In this document: positions 1 through 8,241 of the stretch, piece by piece
Layout of the letters: each line of letters starts with the position of its first letter
Position numbering within the stretch: the first letter of the stretch is position 1
From: Candidatus Anderseniibacteriota bacterium
GTDB lineage: Bacteria; Patescibacteriota; Andersenbacteria; UBA10190
Assembly: GCA_021414205.1 (NCBI GenBank)
Contig: JAIOOW010000003.1
Span: 48 to 64,047, forward strand
Direction of reading: 5' to 3'
Length of the DNA stretch: 64,000 nt
Made by a program: the position numbers and the translations under genes
The notes under the pieces: generated by a model
What the model was told of the DNA's origin: nothing
Databases searched by the model: none
The model's input: the letters and a program-made list of their open reading frames with translations, nothing else

Positions 1-1
1 C

Positions 2-478
2 TCGAATTTGTCCTTCAGGAGGGAATGGCTTGTCGGTAAGAGGACCGTAATCCTCATTCTGACCAGGACGAGGGACGATACAGATGACGTCGTTGGGGGT
101 TTCTCGCTTTGCAAGATCGGAGGTAATACTATCAAGCTTCTGCTGGCTTGGTTTCCCCGTAAAATTATTAGCGGGGTTTACAGGATCTTGAAAGGCTGGT
201 GTCATCTCTGGTGTGCCAGCAGGAACATCTGCGGGTTCAAATTTTCCTGTTGTCGAATTGAATTTATTTGATACTCCATTTATGTTTTCGTAAAAATCAA
301 TCTTCCCAGCCTTTGCCAGATTTAGCATTGTTGGATCAGAAAATTTACAATATATGCAATAATCGGCTGTAAAATATGCAGGATTACCTGCTGCAGAAGC
401 ACGACTAATATACAAACCAGTACCAGCAATAGCAATGATCACAACTACGAAGAAGCTACTAAGAAGCCCCTTAATCAT
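2..478 (-). CDS. Partial secreted/membrane-anchored protein with a CxxC motif (3' end runs off the window)
   Basis: Own translation from ATG 478: MIKGLLSSFFVVVIIAIAGTGLYISRASAAGNPAYFTADYCIYCKF..., open to position 2. Signal-peptide-like N-terminus. Not in the ORF track because it has no stop in the window. Confidence 0.75.
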   Translation of the reverse strand, partial: MIKGLLSSFFVVVIIAIAGTGLYISRASAAGNPAYFTADYCIYCKFSDPTMLNLAKAGKIDFYENINGVSNKFNSTTGKFEPADVPAGTPEMTPAFQDPVNPANNFTGKPSQQKLDSITSDLAKRETPNDVICIVPRPGQNEDYGPLTDKPFPPEGQIR

Positions 479-482
479 ATTC

Positions 483-1172
483 CTATTGAACCGTTACTGC
501 TGTGCATGCCGTCGTAGAAGCATCGACACACATCTTATAAACTTTCTTGCTTGCGAATCGGAAAACCTGAGACGTCTTCGTAGCTATGTTATTTCCATTT
601 AATGAATGGTCCGCAGTATCTGTGTTAATCACAAGCGCGCAATCGCTTTGAGAAAGTGTAAGGGTTGATGGGTATGGCTTTGTTACAGCAGGAGATGCAG
701 TGGTGTCTTTTACGATAAACAGTGATTGAGAACACGATGGAGCCGGGGAAGAACTTGGGTTCGGAGTAGGTGTGGTGTAGTACGGACTATTCGCAGCAAC
801 ACTAGCAGGTCCTCCCGCACCTGGTGCAACATACTGCTCATCAACCTGCCCTGTCTGCGGCGTACTTCCTGCTCCTCCGCCCGCACCGCTTGCAAGACCG
901 CCAAGCATACTAGTAAGCAACCCAGCCATCGCGAGGCCCATATTACCGGAGAGCAATCCTGCTAATGCCAAAAATTGCCCGACCTGTGCAACTCCGCCGC
1001 TTCCGCCAGAACTAGTGCCTCCGCGTCCGCCTTGCATCATCATCATCATTAACAACGTATTTTGATCTATTCCGCCCGTACCCGATGTCTGCGCGAATGC
1101 GAGACTTGGCGTCACAATAAACGTAAATAATAATACGATACTAGCAATTGTATTGAAGGAGCGTGTGTTCAT
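483..1172 (-). CDS. Secreted Gly-rich protein with a poly-Met run and a cupredoxin-like C-terminal domain
   Basis: Signal peptide (MNTRSF...AFA|Q), LLMMMMMQ, Gly-rich hydrophobic segment, C-terminal PSTLTLSQSD..INTDTADH..YKMC pattern. Start set at ATG 1172 (track start 1208 is not ATG). Confidence 0.65.
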   Translation of the reverse strand: MNTRSFNTIASIVLLFTFIVTPSLAFAQTSGTGGIDQNTLLMMMMMQGGRGGTSSGGSGGVAQVGQFLALAGLLSGNMGLAMAGLLTSMLGGLASGAGGGAGSTPQTGQVDEQYVAPGAGGPASVAANSPYYTTPTPNPSSSPAPSCSQSLFIVKDTTASPAVTKPYPSTLTLSQSDCALVINTDTADHSLNGNNIATKTSQVFRFASKKVYKMCVDASTTACTAVTVQ

Positions 1173-1232
1173 AAAGATGAATAAAATAAGTTGACTATAT
1201 TGTAACACACATCGCGTGTGAGTTGTTGAAAA

Positions 1233-2351
1233 CTAATTTCCCCCTGCGATCGTTTCTACTGCTTGTCTGAGCTGCGCTAACTGCGTTACATAACTTGGAA
1301 GCGTGTTCTGCATCGCAAGCAGAGCGCTTGCTGCAACTTGCTGATTGGTTGTTGCATTCTGCTCGATTGTTTGCAATGTTTGTCCTAGGAACGTAATCAA
1401 GGAAACGTATAACTGATGATATTGGGCTGCATTTTGCGGAGCAGGGACGCCTTTCAATGCCGTAGCGAATTGCTGAATTCTTTGCCGAGCAGCAGTAAGT
1501 GGAGCAGTATTTCCGGAAGCGGCGCTTTGAATTGCGTTTGTAATCGTAGTTCCGTCAGATAATTCTTGCGGACGCAACGAATCTATTTGCGATAAATACG
1601 CCTTCATATCCGCCGCCGATGTTTTACTCGTGATATGTAATTCCGACATCGAAACGAGCACGATACTGTTCGATCCTCCCGTATTCGTGCCACCACCTGC
1701 AGTTGGCTGAGGGGTTGGATTCGACCCGCCCGTAGCAGGCGTCGGCGTAGCGTTATTATTCGGAGAATACGTTGGCAATGGAGTTGGATTTCCCACAGGG
1801 ATCGGGGTAGGCAGTCGATCGCTCCCATGCCCGTCACCTCTTTTCGTCGGATCAAACCCAGCTTTCACTTCTGCGCCATCAGTAAATCCATCACCATCGG
1901 AATCCGGATTAAACGGATCTGTATGCCAAACCGAGCACTCGACGTCGTCTGTTAATCCGTCGTGATCACTATCCAGCTTTGCAGAAGAATTAGGATTGAG
2001 CGGATCATGACCTGTTCGCACTTCTGCGCCATCAGAATACCCATCGCCATCGGTGTCCGGATTATTTGAATCCGTTCCGTAAATAGCCTCTACAGAATCC
2101 GGCATACTATCGCCATCAGTGTCTTTCTGCCCAACCCAAGTATCCGGACACACGCCTCGAAATGCAACGGGGCTGACGCTCGGATTTGGAGCGGTGGAAT
2201 TAATCGGTAACCCTCCAGTAGTAGGCGCCGGAGTTGGTGTTGCAGTCGCCTGTGGTTGCCCTCCGCCAAGAAAAATAAACCATATACCAAAAGCAATTCC
2301 TGCAATTGCAACAACCCCTGCGACTACTCCCAAAAGAACCCTCCAGTTCAT
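1233..2351 (-). CDS. Membrane-anchored protein with bacterial thrombospondin type 3-like (DxDxDG) Ca-binding repeats
   Basis: N-terminal TM helix; repeats DTDGDSMPD, DTDGDGYSDGAE, DSDHDGLTD, DSDGDGFTDGAE; Pro/Thr linkers. Confidence 0.8.
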   Translation of the reverse strand: MNWRVLLGVVAGVVAIAGIAFGIWFIFLGGGQPQATATPTPAPTTGGLPINSTAPNPSVSPVAFRGVCPDTWVGQKDTDGDSMPDSVEAIYGTDSNNPDTDGDGYSDGAEVRTGHDPLNPNSSAKLDSDHDGLTDDVECSVWHTDPFNPDSDGDGFTDGAEVKAGFDPTKRGDGHGSDRLPTPIPVGNPTPLPTYSPNNNATPTPATGGSNPTPQPTAGGGTNTGGSNSIVLVSMSELHITSKTSAADMKAYLSQIDSLRPQELSDGTTITNAIQSAASGNTAPLTAARQRIQQFATALKGVPAPQNAAQYHQLYVSLITFLGQTLQTIEQNATTNQQVAASALLAMQNTLPSYVTQLAQLRQAVETIAGGN

Positions 2352-2355
2352 AGCA

Positions 2356-2598
2356 TTAATGACTCGCCCCTCCTAAAATTGCTCCCGTAATTCCAGATGC
2401 AGCATTTTGGATATCAGCGGAAGATGCAAATGGAGTACCGCTCGGCGACGGGGATGGATTATTTGCCTGTGTTTTCACTTGATTACTTGTGGAAGAATTT
2501 GTTAAGAGCAACGTCGCCCCTGCAACAGACCCAACAATCGCCACGAGCACGATCATTCCCGTCCACACTTCAAACGCCATTTTCTCGTTCAGAGTCAT
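2356..2598 (-). CDS. Small single-TM hypothetical protein
   Basis: Hydrophobic helix; TACACT 6 nt before ATG; co-oriented with neighbours. Confidence 0.65.
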   Translation of the reverse strand: MTLNEKMAFEVWTGMIVLVAIVGSVAGATLLLTNSSTSNQVKTQANNPSPSPSGTPFASSADIQNAASGITGAILGGASH

Positions 2599-2602
2599 AC
2601 GC

Positions 2603-3736
2603 TTAGTGTATCACAAGTTTTTCGTCTCTCTTTGCCTGTTCAATGATCGCTTTATACACGTATGCGCTGGGGCGAATCGTTCGCTCTTGAGTTGCATAAT
2701 CTACGGCAACTAAACCGAAGCGAGGCCCAAACCCCTCCGCCCATTCGAAATTGTCCAATAAAGACCAATGCAGGTAACCACGAACATCGATACCCTGCCG
2801 TTGCACGTTTTCAATCGCACGAAGGTGAGAACGAATAAATTCCGCGCGATTATTGTCTTGCGCATCAGCAATTCCATTTTCTGTCACATATACTGGCTTA
2901 TGATACTTTTTCAGACTGAGCAGCACTTGCTCAAACCCTTCAGGAGAAACAATCCAGCCCAGATCACTTCGGACAGTATCGGCGTTGTTCGAATATTCCG
3001 CGAAATAATAATTCACTCCGATAAAATCCTGCTTATTCTTTATTAATGAAAAAAATCGATGATTAAAAAACCAGTGCTTGAGTGTTTGGTTGGGAGCAAA
3101 TGCAACCATGCTTTTTGCAATGCCGACTGGTGCATGCGGAGTAATACGATGCAATGTTCGATATGCAAGCACATGGGCTTTTGCAAAATTATTTACCACA
3201 CGTAGCATGGTGAATACATTCTTCTTTTGCGGGGGCCATACTGCTTTGGCATACGACTGCACCGCGTACACCATTGGCTCATTGATAGTAATCCAAAAAT
3301 CTACCAGGTCGCCCAAATGTTGGGCGCAATAGGAAACGTATCGGTTAAATAGCTCAGCAGTTTCAGAAGATTCCCAAGAATTTCGTTTTTCCAGCCATAA
3401 CGGATTCGCAAAATGATGCAACGTAACAAATGTTTTTATATTATATTTTTTTAGCTCTAATAGAACATCGCGATAATGCTGTATAGCAGTTGCATCAAAT
3501 ACGCCTTCCGTAGGTTCGATTTTGCTCCACTCCAATGAAAGCCTATGCGCCGTATGTCCAAGTTGGTGGGCGAGCGCAAAATCTTCTTTGTATCTATTCC
3601 AGTGATCACACGCAATGCCGGACCGAAATTCTTCGGGACGCCCCTGCTCCCACTTCCACCAATTATTATTTACCGAATTACCCTCCACCTGATGTGCGCT
3701 TGTAGCAGCGCCATATAGGAATACATGCGGTTTCAT
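2603..3736 (-). CDS. Glycoside hydrolase family 1 (beta-glucosidase-like)
   Basis: GAATSAHQVEG, TINEP (acid/base), VTENG (nucleophile), WSLLDNFEW motifs. Confidence 0.95.
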   Translation of the reverse strand: MKPHVFLYGAATSAHQVEGNSVNNNWWKWEQGRPEEFRSGIACDHWNRYKEDFALAHQLGHTAHRLSLEWSKIEPTEGVFDATAIQHYRDVLLELKKYNIKTFVTLHHFANPLWLEKRNSWESSETAELFNRYVSYCAQHLGDLVDFWITINEPMVYAVQSYAKAVWPPQKKNVFTMLRVVNNFAKAHVLAYRTLHRITPHAPVGIAKSMVAFAPNQTLKHWFFNHRFFSLIKNKQDFIGVNYYFAEYSNNADTVRSDLGWIVSPEGFEQVLLSLKKYHKPVYVTENGIADAQDNNRAEFIRSHLRAIENVQRQGIDVRGYLHWSLLDNFEWAEGFGPRFGLVAVDYATQERTIRPSAYVYKAIIEQAKRDEKLVIH

Positions 3737-3773
3737 GCATTCATCATAACACGACGCCCTGCATGCTAGCTGG

Positions 3774-4640
3774 CTATCGAGCCTTTCGAAATGATGCCCG
3801 ATGGCGCAATCTCTCTAACGCAACGTTTTGCAACTGGCGCACTCGCTCCCGACTGATATGGAAACTCTCGCCGATCTCTTCTAGTGTTTTCGGATTATTA
3901 TCCGTTATACCGAACCTGGCATCAATAATTTCCCGCTCTCGAACAGGAAGCCCAGCTAAGGCACGCGCAACTTCCAACCTATCTAAAGAGTCTTGTGCTT
4001 GCTGAATAGGTGAGACAGCATCCACGTCTTCTATCATATCCTGAAGGGTTCCTTGTTCATCGTCATCATTTCCGCCCCCGATCGAGCGTTCCAAGGAAAT
4101 AATATCCGTAGAAAATACTTCAAGCTCTCGCACAATTTCAGGCTCAATCCCCATTTCAGCTGCAACTTCATTTGCATTCGGAGTGCGACCTAACGCTTGC
4201 GATAACTTTGAGCGAATTCTCTGCATCGCAAGAACGCGATCAAATACATTCTCAGGCAGTCGAACAAGACGACGAGCTTTTAATGCGCGCAGAATCGCCT
4301 GGCGAATCCAATACACACCATACGTAGAGAATCTCGTATTATAGATACTCTTAAATCGATCGACGGCGCGCATTAAGCCAATATTCCCTTCTTGAATTAA
4401 ATCCATCAATACTTCAGAGTCGTTTCCTGGAACATACTGCTTCGCAATGTTTACAACCAAGCGCAAGTTCGCGAGCAGCATTTGCTGGCGCGCTTTCGAA
4501 TCCCCTTTTGCGATCCTGTCCGCAAGCTCGCGCTCCTCTTGCGCGGTCAGTAAAGGAGTTCTTCCTATCTCTTGCAAGTACCTTGTAAGAGAAGATATTG
4601 ATGTTGAAAAAGTGGTTGTAGTCATACCAAAAGAATGCAT
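3774..4640 (-). CDS. Alternative RNA polymerase sigma-70 family factor (RpoD/RpoS-like, no region 1.1)
   Basis: YLQEIGRTPLLT, NLRLVVNIAK, DLIQEGNIGLMRAVDRF, RFSTYGVYWIRQAI, TLEEIG..FHISRERVRQ. Start may be ATG 4625. Confidence 0.93.
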   Translation of the reverse strand: MHSFGMTTTTFSTSISSLTRYLQEIGRTPLLTAQEERELADRIAKGDSKARQQMLLANLRLVVNIAKQYVPGNDSEVLMDLIQEGNIGLMRAVDRFKSIYNTRFSTYGVYWIRQAILRALKARRLVRLPENVFDRVLAMQRIRSKLSQALGRTPNANEVAAEMGIEPEIVRELEVFSTDIISLERSIGGGNDDDEQGTLQDMIEDVDAVSPIQQAQDSLDRLEVARALAGLPVREREIIDARFGITDNNPKTLEEIGESFHISRERVRQLQNVALERLRHRASFRKAR

Positions 4641-4717
4641 TAAAACATATGAACTTTTTGTGAAGCGTAACTATCGGAAGTGATACCGGATAACACCGGT
4701 GAAGATGCGGGGGTAAG

Positions 4718-4744
4718 TTAGCACTCACAACACCCGACTGCTAA
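4718..4744. promoter_or_regulatory. CIRCE element (HrcA operator)
   Basis: TTAGCACTC-acaacaccc-GACTGCTAA; one mismatch to TTAGCACTC-N9-GAGTGCTAA; lies upstream of the sigma gene. Confidence 0.9.
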
Positions 4745-4745
4745 C

Positions 4746-4774
4746 AATGTACATCTGCTAGCAATAAAAAGCAA
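4746..4774 (-). promoter_or_regulatory. Putative sigma-70 promoter of the sigma factor gene
   Basis: Minus strand TTGCTT-17 nt-TACATT, ending 1 nt before the CIRCE. Confidence 0.6.
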
Positions 4775-4789
4775 AGGGAGTTTTCCCCC
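4766..4789 (-). terminator. Putative intrinsic terminator after efp
   Basis: Minus strand GGGGG-AAAA-CTCCC hairpin followed by TTTGCTTTTT; the stem is short. Confidence 0.45.
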
Positions 4790-4806
4790 ATTTTGTCAGT
4801 ATTTTT

Positions 4807-5370
4807 TTACGCGCGCTCCAGGTAATCTCCCGTTCGAGAATCAACCAAAATAAGGTCCCCTTCTTTAATGAATAGCGGCGCACGCATATGAACCCCACCT
4901 TCGATCACAATATCCTTCGTAACGTTAGAAGATGTATCTCCGCGAACCCCCTCAGGAGCTTCAATGACCTTGCGCTCAATTTTAATAGGCATATCTACAG
5001 AAACAGGATTGCCCTCAAAAAGCATGACTTGAACCTCTTGCCCCTCCAATAAGAAGCGAGCAATATCTCCAATAACATCTTCTGCAATCTCAACCTGCTC
5101 ATATGTTTCGTTATTCATGAAGACATATTTTCCGTCTTGAAGGTAAAGATACTGATGTGGAGACCGCTGAACGTCAGCTTCTTCAATGCGATCCGACTGT
5201 TGAAATGTATGCTCTCGCGTTTGACCAGTACGCAGATGCTTCAAGATAGTATTAATAGTAGGACGGCGCATTTGCTTGCGTAAAAATGCCGCAGAAGTAA
5301 TAACAAACGGCTCGCCATCAAGCACAATAATCTTTCCCTTCCCTTTTCGTATGTCGTTAAATTCAAGCAT
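4807..5370 (-). CDS. efp: Translation elongation factor P
   Basis: 187 aa; YVFMNNETYEQ, GVRGDTSS, PLFIKEGD..VDSRTGDYLERA motifs; non-canonical tip loop. Confidence 0.93.
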   Translation of the reverse strand: MLEFNDIRKGKGKIIVLDGEPFVITSAAFLRKQMRRPTINTILKHLRTGQTREHTFQQSDRIEEADVQRSPHQYLYLQDGKYVFMNNETYEQVEIAEDVIGDIARFLLEGQEVQVMLFEGNPVSVDMPIKIERKVIEAPEGVRGDTSSNVTKDIVIEGGVHMRAPLFIKEGDLILVDSRTGDYLERA

Positions 5371-5376
5371 AGTACA

Positions 5377-5574
5377 TTAGTTAGCAAATAGATTATGTAT
5401 CGGAACGGCTATTTTTTCAACCTGAGTGCCAGATTCGGCACTCGGAAGAAGGTTTGGTGCATACACCACGGCAGGATTCTTCATTGCGTCCGGCAAGAGC
5501 AGCAAGGCAACTGAAAACCCCAGAATCAGCACTAACAATCCCATTATTTCTCGAAAATTATCAAAAGTTACCAT
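5377..5574 (-). CDS. Small single-TM hypothetical protein
   Basis: Hydrophobic helix; TATAGT 8 nt upstream of ATG. Confidence 0.55.
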   Translation of the reverse strand: MVTFDNFREIMGLLVLILGFSVALLLLPDAMKNPAVVYAPNLLPSAESGTQVEKIAVPIHNLFAN

Positions 5575-5624
5575 AACGGAACACTATAGAGGAAAGTAAA
5601 TGGGTATGCAATCCCCTTGTGCGC

Positions 5625-5678
5625 TGGTATGCTAGGAGCAGAACGTATCATCCACTAACAACACTTGAAGGAGGTGAT
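5625..5678 (+). promoter_or_regulatory. Extended -10 promoter and strong Shine-Dalgarno for the small ORF at 5683
   Basis: TG-G-TATGCT at 5625-5633; AAGGAGGTGAT at 5668-5678. Confidence 0.65.
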
Positions 5679-5682
5679 TTAT

Positions 5683-5820
5683 ATGGTAGGAACATGTACA
5701 GGATGCGGAACAGAGAACGTTGAATTAAACGAAGCTGGCCTATGCGCAATGTGCGCAAGCAAAGGAGAAATGCCGAGCACGGATACTCCAGCTGAGCCAA
5801 TGGGAGGATCAGCAATGTAA
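5683..5820 (+). CDS. 45-aa CxxC..CxxC (zinc-ribbon-like) small protein
   Basis: MVGTCTGCGTENVELNEAGLCAMCASKGEMPSTDTPAEPMGGSAM*; perfect SD upstream, terminator downstream. Confidence 0.8.
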   Translation: MVGTCTGCGTENVELNEAGLCAMCASKGEMPSTDTPAEPMGGSAM

Positions 5821-5836
5821 TTTCATTGTTGACTAC

Positions 5837-5868
5837 ATAAAACCTCGCTATAAAGAGCGGGGTTTTAT
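5837..5868. terminator. Bidirectional intrinsic terminator
   Basis: ATAAAACCTCGCT-ataaag-AGCGGGGTTTTAT hairpin with A/T tails between convergent genes. Confidence 0.75.
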
Positions 5869-6575
5869 TTTATTACAAGCGAGCCGCCGTACTGTTTTAA
5901 CCAGGCTCGCGACGATGCGTAATTTGGATTCAGCTGCGCGACAGCTTTCCAGAATCGCGCAGAATGATTCGCATGGATAATATGAGCAACCTCATGAGCC
6001 GTCACGTATCGAGCAACATGTTCTGGAGCAAGAGCTAATCTCCAATTAAAGGTAAGCGTGTGGGTTCTATGATTACAGCTTCCCCATTGCGTTTTCATAT
6101 CTATAACGCGCACTCGAGGAATGTTCTTGCCGATAATTTGACCATATTCGTGCGATTGCCCAATAAAATACTGCTTAGATTGCGCAATATAAAATCGAGA
6201 TACAGCTAAGCGCAGTTTGCTTGTCTCTGGAATATGCGCAATAAGTTCCCCACTTTTTTCTTCAACAAACGACCTTGTCCGATCAGACTCTATAGATACC
6301 CGCAACAGCAGAGTGTCCCCGAAAAAGGGGAGCGACGCCCCGTTCTTCAATTCCGTAACAGGCATAACGCGAACGGCGGATTCCTGCTTTTTCAATATTT
6401 GAATAATCCAATCTTGTCGTTCTGCTAGAAATGCTATGCCCAACGCTTCAGATGCGCGTTTCGGCAACACCAGCTCTACCTGCCCCATAGCCTCCACATG
6501 GATTGCCATGCGGCGCGCTCGTGAACTCCTTCTCACAGAGACTGGGAATGGGAATAAGTCTAATTGCGCTTTCAT
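5865..6575 (-). CDS. YgjP/DUF45-family zinc metallo-hydrolase
   Basis: MKTQWGSC, FNWRL, HEVAH..H.NHS..FW motifs. Confidence 0.88.
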   Translation of the reverse strand: MKAQLDLFPFPVSVRRSSRARRMAIHVEAMGQVELVLPKRASEALGIAFLAERQDWIIQILKKQESAVRVMPVTELKNGASLPFFGDTLLLRVSIESDRTRSFVEEKSGELIAHIPETSKLRLAVSRFYIAQSKQYFIGQSHEYGQIIGKNIPRVRVIDMKTQWGSCNHRTHTLTFNWRLALAPEHVARYVTAHEVAHIIHANHSARFWKAVAQLNPNYASSRAWLKQYGGSLVIK

Positions 6576-6598
6576 AGGATATCACCCATGCTATATCC

Positions 6599-6949
6599 AT
6601 GTTCAATATTTGGAAAAAGAAATCAAAAGAAGAAGGGCAAACAGTGCCGTCCACCAATCCATCATCCAAGCCTGCAGGCCAGTTATCATGGGATAATTCA
6701 GCTATTACAGCGCTCGCACAGGCAGTTTCCCAAGCTCCCGTACCATCCATGATGAAAGGGCGCATCAAACAAGAACTTTCAAATGCTGCGGAAGAAGCAG
6801 CCAGGAAAGAAGGAAAAACTACCGTTACGGCTCAACACTTGATGGCAGGCATCCTCTCCCGCTTACCTGAGAATATGAGAAAGAAAGTAGAAGACGCTGC
6901 CAAACAAGGTCCCGCAGGACTCAAAAAGCTCCAGGAAGAATTGAAATAA
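6599..6949 (+). CDS. Small helical protein with a PCP_red-like domain
   Basis: LSWDNSA..AL...P..M..RIK....AEEAARKEGKTTVT pattern. Confidence 0.55.
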   Translation: MFNIWKKKSKEEGQTVPSTNPSSKPAGQLSWDNSAITALAQAVSQAPVPSMMKGRIKQELSNAAEEAARKEGKTTVTAQHLMAGILSRLPENMRKKVEDAAKQGPAGLKKLQEELK

Positions 6950-6953
6950 CCGG

Positions 6954-7748
6954 CTACTCTCCTCGCTCTTGCTGCAAATCGCGATAGATTTTTTCTGCTC
7001 GGATAAAGTCGGCCGGCTCGTCCAAATCAGTGCTTGTACGAGGATCTAAAACAAACCCATGGAGGTTTTCTCCCCAAATATTTTCCAATTCCAGCGCTTC
7101 CGGGCGCAATACAAACTTTCTGCGCGTAATATCAACTTGGCCGTCTTGGAAGAATACCGGGAACATCTGTTGAATTTTCTGCCGAGGCTGGTCTGGCCCA
7201 TGCTGACGACGAAACTCGTTATCAAATACGGGAATCAGTTTTCCCGATGACCCAATTTCAGGCGAACCCTCTAACTGCCACATTTTGTATGGATGTAGAG
7301 GGGTGGGGATGACGCTTTTCAGTCCATCCGCTCCTGAACTCTTTATGTGTTCAATCATTCGATCAATATCTTTGGCGAATCGGAGCGGACTTGTCGGCCG
7401 CAGATTCACTAAAAACTCCGGAGTCCAGCCGTGCTCCTGCTCCATCCATTTTACGGCATGGTCGTAAAATCCGGCATCACCGGATGTCGGTTGAGAAAAT
7501 TCTTGCGGACGCGGAGCAACCAGTGCCCCGAATTTTTTCGCCTCTTCTGCAATTTTTTCGTCTTCCGTAGATACGATAACAACATCAACATTTTTAGCTT
7601 CAAAGGCAACTTCAATAGCCCACTGGACCAAGCTTTTTCCGCCCAATGTTTGAAGGTTTTTATACGGCACGCTTTGCTGTCCAGCACGAGCCGGAATAAT
7701 AACTGCCACATCAACTGGTTCGCGTTTTGGATTCGATAGATTATTCAT
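6954..7748 (-). CDS. neuA: Acylneuraminate (CMP-nonulosonate) cytidylyltransferase, NeuA family
   Basis: IIPARAG, KNL..LGGKSL, VSTED, LRPTSPLR, DLDEPADF motifs; start refined to ATG 7748. Confidence 0.88.
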   Translation of the reverse strand: MNNLSNPKREPVDVAVIIPARAGQQSVPYKNLQTLGGKSLVQWAIEVAFEAKNVDVVIVSTEDEKIAEEAKKFGALVAPRPQEFSQPTSGDAGFYDHAVKWMEQEHGWTPEFLVNLRPTSPLRFAKDIDRMIEHIKSSGADGLKSVIPTPLHPYKMWQLEGSPEIGSSGKLIPVFDNEFRRQHGPDQPRQKIQQMFPVFFQDGQVDITRRKFVLRPEALELENIWGENLHGFVLDPRTSTDLDEPADFIRAEKIYRDLQQERGE

Positions 7749-7770
7749 ACCCCCATGATACACTAAAACA

Positions 7771-8241
7771 ATGCTTTACGGTCAATACAATAAACCACAT
7801 ACATATAACAAGCTCTTAACCCATCCTGTTTGGGAAACTGCACTATCCTGGATCCAAGCCCATGCCATCAACCTTCCGGACGGCGAACACGAAATACAAA
7901 ATCTGGATATCTATGCCAATATCATGTCCGTTACCACGCTAAAACCAGAAGACACATTCTTTGAAGTGCACGAAGAATATATTGACATTCACTATTGCTT
8001 GAGCGGTGGAGAGGCTATTGGATACGCTCCAATAGGAGAGCCCACAGAAAAAGAGCTTAACAAAGAAAAGGACTACCAACTCTTTCTGCCAACAGAAAAA
8101 ATGAGCCTCTGCATCTTGCAACCCCATAATTTCGCGGTCTTTTTCCCTACAGAACCGCATATGCCGAAGCTTCAAAATGGCATGGATACCACAGTAAAAA
8201 AGGTTGTTATTAAAATAAAAAAGAGCATGCTTGAGATATGA
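7771..8241 (+). CDS. YhcH/YjgK/YiaL (NanQ-like) protein
   Basis: FEVHEEYIDIH..LSGGE, FAVFFPTEPHMP, KKVVIK motifs. Confidence 0.9.
   Translation: MLYGQYNKPHTYNKLLTHPVWETALSWIQAHAINLPDGEHEIQNLDIYANIMSVTTLKPEDTFFEVHEEYIDIHYCLSGGEAIGYAPIGEPTEKELNKEKDYQLFLPTEKMSLCILQPHNFAVFFPTEPHMPKLQNGMDTTVKKVVIKIKKSMLEI

Noticed and set aside
3774-4640. Calling the sigma factor rpoH or rpoD
   Set aside because: No RpoH box, and no region 1.1 with diverged region 2.4/3 sequence; left as an unnamed sigma-70 paralogue.
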